Made by a program: the position numbers and the translations under genes. Source: Octopus bimaculoides (taxonomy: Eukaryota). From it: a stretch of DNA of 64,000 nt. The stretch spans positions 24,005,412 to 24,069,411 of the forward strand of contig NC_069000.1 in the NCBI RefSeq assembly GCF_001194135.2. Reading direction: 5' to 3'. Shown in pieces: positions 58,751 to 64,000 of the stretch. How positions within the stretch are numbered: position 1 is the stretch's first letter; each line of letters opens with the position of its first letter. The notes beneath the pieces are model-generated. The model did not search any database. It worked only from the letters and a program-made list of their open reading frames with translations, and had not been told where the DNA came from.

Positions 58751-60851
58751 GATGGTTCACTTGCAGTTAGTGATTCTGCAAAGGAAGAGGCTTGGAAATG
58801 CCACACTGAAAAGCTGCTAAATGTTGAGAATATATGAAAGGAGAGTCTGCCTAATGTGGACCCAACAGAGGGACCAGCTATCCCAATCAAAAGTTACCTA
58901 GTAGATAAAGAAATTAAGGATATGAAGACAAAGAAAGCCCCTGGCTCTTAAGAATCACTGCTGAAAAGCTTAAAATATCTGGCAGAGTGGGATATGGTCT
59001 AGTCAGTAACCCATATAGTTAATTAGGTTGTCCACAAGGGAATCATTCCCAATGACTGGTGTAGCATTATTATAATCACTTACTACAAAGGTAAAAGTGA
59101 TGCCTTAGATATAAATAATTACTGTGGTATCATATTGTTTGACCAGCTGATGAAAGTTACAGAGAGGGTCATAGATCAACTAATTAGGAAGAGAATTAGC
59201 TTAGATGAGATACACTTTGGTTTTGAGGGAGAAGTAACTGGTGAAGTAACTGTAGGAGAAGCATTTAGCCAAAAATAAGCCCCTGTACTTGGCTTTTGCT
59301 GACATGGAGTAAGCTTTTGACAGGATCTTCTGCTCCCTCACCTGGTGGTCAATGCAGATGAGTGGTTGGTGAGAGCTGTTCAAGCCATGTACAAGGATGC
59401 TGTCAGTAAGGTGAGGGTTGGCAATGAGTATAGCAAAGAATTTAGTGTAAAAGTTGGAGTTCACTAAGGATTAGTTCTCAGTCCCCTCTTGTTTATCATA
59501 AACTTCTAGGGCATAACAAAGGAATTTAAGACTGGCTGTCCTTGGGAGCTCTTCTATGCTGATGACTTGTTATGGCTGAATTGCTGTCTGAACTAGAGAA
59601 AAAATTTCGGGAGTGGAAGCAAGGTCTGGAATCAAAGGGCATCAAAATAGAGTCAATTTAGCAAAAAAAAAAGTCCAAGCAAGTAGGAAAACAGACAAAG
59701 CACAAGTCCCTTCAGGGAGATGGGCCTGCTTGATATATAGAAAAGGTGTTTGTAGAAATTCCATACAGTGTACCCAGTGCAAGCTATGGACACATAAGAG
59801 GTGCAGTGGTATCACAGGACAGTTATCAGAGAAAGTAGTCCTTGTGTGTGGCAAATGTGTGGGTACAATAAACACTAGGAATGCACATAGAATAAACTTC
59901 CTCCAAGTGTCTGAGAGAATACTTAGAAGTAGTAGATAGCTTCCATTACATAGGTGACCAAGTTAGCAGTGGAGGAGGAAGTTGCTAGAATAAAAACAGG
60001 CTGGGTAAAGTTCAGAAAACTATTACCTTTATTGGTAACAAAGAGCCTCTTCCTCAGAGTGAAAGGCAGATTGTATGATACCTGTATACATACAGTTATG
60101 CAATATAACAGTGAAACATGCTGTGACTACAGAAGACATATGAAAGCTTGGAAGAAATGAAACCAGCGTGCTCTGCTGGATGGGTACTGCCATTGTGCAT
60201 GTGAGACAAAGTGTAAATGATTTAAGAGAAAAATTGGATATGAGAGGCATCAGATGTAATGTGCAAGAGAGAAGTCTGCTCTGGTTTGGTCATGTGATGT
60301 GTATGGATTAGGACACCTGCATAAAGTGCTGATCTCTAATTGAGGAGGGAATCTGTGGAAGGGGTAGATCAGGAAGATGTGGGATAAAGTGGTGAGAAAG
60401 GATCTTCAGATGTTGGGTCTCATTGAAGAGATGACAAGGGACTGACCCTTCTGGCGACTTGCTGTGCCTGAGAAGACACAGCTAAGTAACATCATGGCTG
60501 TCCTTTATGGATATGCACCCCCCCCCCCCAACACGTAAATCTGTCCTCTGTCAAACTCTCTCACGTCCCTATTAATCACTGCAGGTCACACAATTCTCCC
60601 TCATGTGCCTATCTGCACACTCTCCATGCCTTCACATATCCCCTCCCAGCCATTTCCCTCTCACCATCACTTGATATCTCCCACCACACTCATATGGAAC
60701 ATCTCACTCTATCCTCTCTGTATTTCTTTCACTACCCTGTTGTCACACTATGACTGTCTACCACTCTCTCTCACCTTCCTCATCCTACTGAGGCAGCCAC
60801 GCATCTCCTTAATAATAAGAGAGCTACCTCTGTCATACACTAATCTCTAAG

Positions 60852-60904
<53 letters not shown>

Positions 60905-61555
60905 TGATAGGTCCTTGTCTTGCAAGCTTCAGGGTACTGGTGCCATGTAAAAAAAACACCCATGCTGGCGCCATGACAAAAATGCCCATGCTGGTGCCAC
61001 ATAAAAAGCACCAGTCCTGGTACCATATAAAAAGCACCCATACTGGTGTCGTGTAAAAAAGCACCTGGTACACTCTATAAAATGGTTGGCATTAGGAAGG
61101 GCAGTCAGCTGTAGAAACCATGCCAAAGCAGACAATTGGAGCCTGGTGCAGGCCTTTGAATTGCCAGATCCTGTAAAACTGTGCAAACGAATGTTAAATG
61201 ATGATGATGATGATGATATAGTCATTAACACACAGTAGTATGAGTGACTATGAACCTGAAAAAAATTTAATTCTGCAAGAACAAAAACTGCTCAAGTAGA
61301 AAAAACAACAACAGAGTAATCAAAGCAAATGACAAATAATAATTAGTAAAAGAATATTTAATAATCTTTGAGATATATATACACACATACAAAAGTAACT
61401 TCATCCAGGAATCTGTTTGCAATTTTAGATACATACGGAAGGGGAGATAAATCTTTATTAATTAAAAAACTTTTAAAGATTCATCTCCATAAATAAGGCT
61501 AGAAATTTCTTTAAAACATTAATTTAAATTTTGGAATATAGAGTATAACTAATAA

Positions 61556-61610
<55 letters not shown>

Positions 61611-64000
61611 TCTGTTGAATAATAATAATTTCTTTACAGCAATTGGTTTGTTGGGAAGGACATGGTCAATAGAAATGACTTCAGTATCTGATTGGTATTT
61701 ATTTTAGTCTTCCTGAAAGGACAAAAGGCAAAATGAAGCCTAGCAGAATTTGAACCAGATATAGAAGTCAGAAATAAATGTTGTGAAGCATTTAGCCAGG
61801 TACTCTGCTGTCTTTCATACAAATGATTTCTGACATTAGCACAAAGCCACAAATTCGCAGGAGGAATCAACCCTCACCACGAAACTGGTGCTTATGCTAC
61901 TGTTGATTGCGAAAGATTAAGAAACAAAACGTAACCCTGAGGGGATTTCAACACAGGGCAAACAGACAGAAGAAACTAAATACTGTAAGGTCTTTTAGTT
62001 TGACACTCTACAAGCTTTAATGATAATAATAATAATTGTTTCTGAAATAGGCTTCATATCTAAAGTGATAGAAAAATTGAATTATTTACAAGTTGACAGG
62101 ATTTAACAAATATGTACGCATGTATAAAACCACCTTTAAATGTTCCCTTCATTGACATTTGTTCACCAACCCCTTTAATTTTTACTTTTACAAAAATAAC
62201 AGGATAAGTAAAAAATAAATGATTATTACTTCAGAAATATTTCTAAGTTTTAAAAGTAGAGAGGAGAGGTTGCCTTACTACAAATGAGAGAATCTTGAAA
62301 TTTCTCCTTGTATTAATTTCTAATGGGATAAAATATTATCAGAGAGAGGGGGTGGGAGAGAGAGAGAGAAAGGGAGGGAGCACAGTTTCTGCTTTAAAAT
62401 GGCAGATGTCACAATAATATATATTTTTTATTTAGGCATAAAATGGACCACAAATTCATAAAGGAAAGCAAATGAAGTTCTGTGATGTTCGTGCTTTTGA
62501 TAATGGCATTAGCAGTGTAAGAGGATTGGATTCAACTGTGAAATGAAATTGCAAAATTACTTCACTGAGGAGGAGTTTATCTCTTGCATATTAAACTCTT
62601 GTGTTTATAATAATACAAATTATATATACGATCTTACAGTGAACATAAGAGACCTCTCACATTGGCACAAGGCCACAGGCCTGTATATTTTTGATAGAAG
62701 AGACTCCACATATGTTGACTCTACAGATGTTTTGACTCAGAATGCTGAGGGATAAAACTAAATACTGTAAGGTATATATTTGAACTGATAATCATATTAT
62801 TACTAAGATTAATAATATCTTATAAAATAGGTACAAGGCCATAAATTTGGGGAGAGGGAATTAATCCCAGTACTTGCCAAGTATTTTAGCAACTCTGGAA
62901 GAATGAAAGGTAAAATTGACTGTGTATGATTTGAATTTAGAACAAATACTGCCGGACATTTCTGACACTAATAATTTTATCAAATCTCAATGATGGAAGC
63001 AAAGTTAACTTAGTCAGGATTGAACTCAGTTCTTTTAAGCCTGAACTAAATACTTTTAAAATATTTTGTATAACATTCAATCAATCCATAATGACTATGG
63101 TTTTAGAATTGGGTACAAGGCTACAAATTTAAAGCAGAGGAGCTTCTAACTTGAATCCACTCTCAATATATCACACATATTTGTACAGTTGGTACAATGG
63201 ATTCAAGCTTGTGACTGGTATTATTTTATTGACCTTAGTGGAATAAAAGGCAAAGTTGATAATGATGGGATCAATAATAATTTCTAACAAAGGCACAAAA
63301 CTAGAAATCTGGGATCAAGGAACAGTTAATGATATCCACTTTAGTATTTGACTGGTAATTTATCAACAGCAGAAAGATGAAAGGAAAAGTTGATCTCAAA
63401 AATAATTGAAAATATATCAACACTATTCAAATCGAAGTCTTATATTATGTTGAAATGATACTCTAACTTCTAAATAATATTATTGTTTATAATATCGTTA
63501 AAGGTTTTTTTTTTATTAAACCTTGGTATATATATAAAGTTTAATCTTTCATTCTTAATAATTTTTTTCATTCTTAATTTTTTCATTCATAATTTTTTCA
63601 TTCATATTTTTATTTTTATTTTTATGTTTGTAGAAATAAGTATTCTTGTATTGTTCAATTGATTTTTAATGATAATTAAATAAACGTTTTTAGTTTTAAA
63701 TAGTCTAGCTTTAACTATTACACCGGTTAAATATGTACTGATATTATCTTTATTATTATTTAAACTTTAAACTTCGTTCAAATTGTATTTAAAACGATAA
63801 TAATTTATGTAAGCTGGTTTTTGTATATAATATACATGTTAGCATATATTACAATGGATGTAGGGATGATTATGGAATGTTTATTATTTTGATATTTTTA
63901 ATAATTTTTCTATCTTTATAAAATAAGTATTTTATATAAATTCATTTGGTACTTATTGTTGGTTGATATATACATTTATTTATTATTATTATTGTTCTAT

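Larger units (their letters stand above)
55430..61220 (+). mobile_element. Old near-full-length RTE LINE (APE, RT, PHD-like finger, CT-rich 3' UTR, (GAT)n tail) interrupted by two insertions
   Basis: APE-like KIFWVGNDDVGGMGILLAEKW, LFVAGDFSG and QIDYIL; RT and C-terminus at 58750-60480; tail at ~61080-61216. The sequence resumes colinearly across both insertions. Confidence 0.85.

Noticed and set aside
63400-64000. Mitochondrial insertion (NUMT)
   Set aside because: The frames I tried with TGA as Trp contained stops, and I recognised no mitochondrial protein or rRNA motif.

Overview
Eukaryotic, AT-rich, repeat-dense genomic DNA with 10 N-gaps. The SINE/RTE families and (TA)n/(TG)n density suggest an octopod cephalopod (Octopus-like); this is inference, not a database hit. 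Two convergent spliced host genes could be reconstructed by hand. (1) The C-terminal ~290 codons of a BBS12 chaperonin-like gene (+, 5 exons, 7410-12795); its 5' half was not found. (2) A complete 12-exon RRP1/RRP1B (Nop52 family) gene (-, 52338-17684, 2934 nt CDS, 977 aa), with consistent GT-AG phases, a very large acidic exon, an RVxF PP1 motif and a terminal DFF. The rest is transposon debris: Ty3/gypsy, Penelope-like elements (PLEs), RTE LINEs of two ages, a CRE-like LINE, mariners, a Helitron fragment, piggyBac-like MITEs, a solo LTR and several SINE families. The most notable non-obvious signals are PLE-associated minimal hammerhead ribozyme folds (5516-5620 minus, 2547-2594 plus), a PHD-type C4HC3 finger inside the RTE ORF, an 18-bp hairpin that buries the AATAAA just upstream of a gypsy gag ATG, and a three-layer nested insertion at 55-61 kb. 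No prokaryote-type system, CRISPR array, rRNA or bona fide tRNA was seen.
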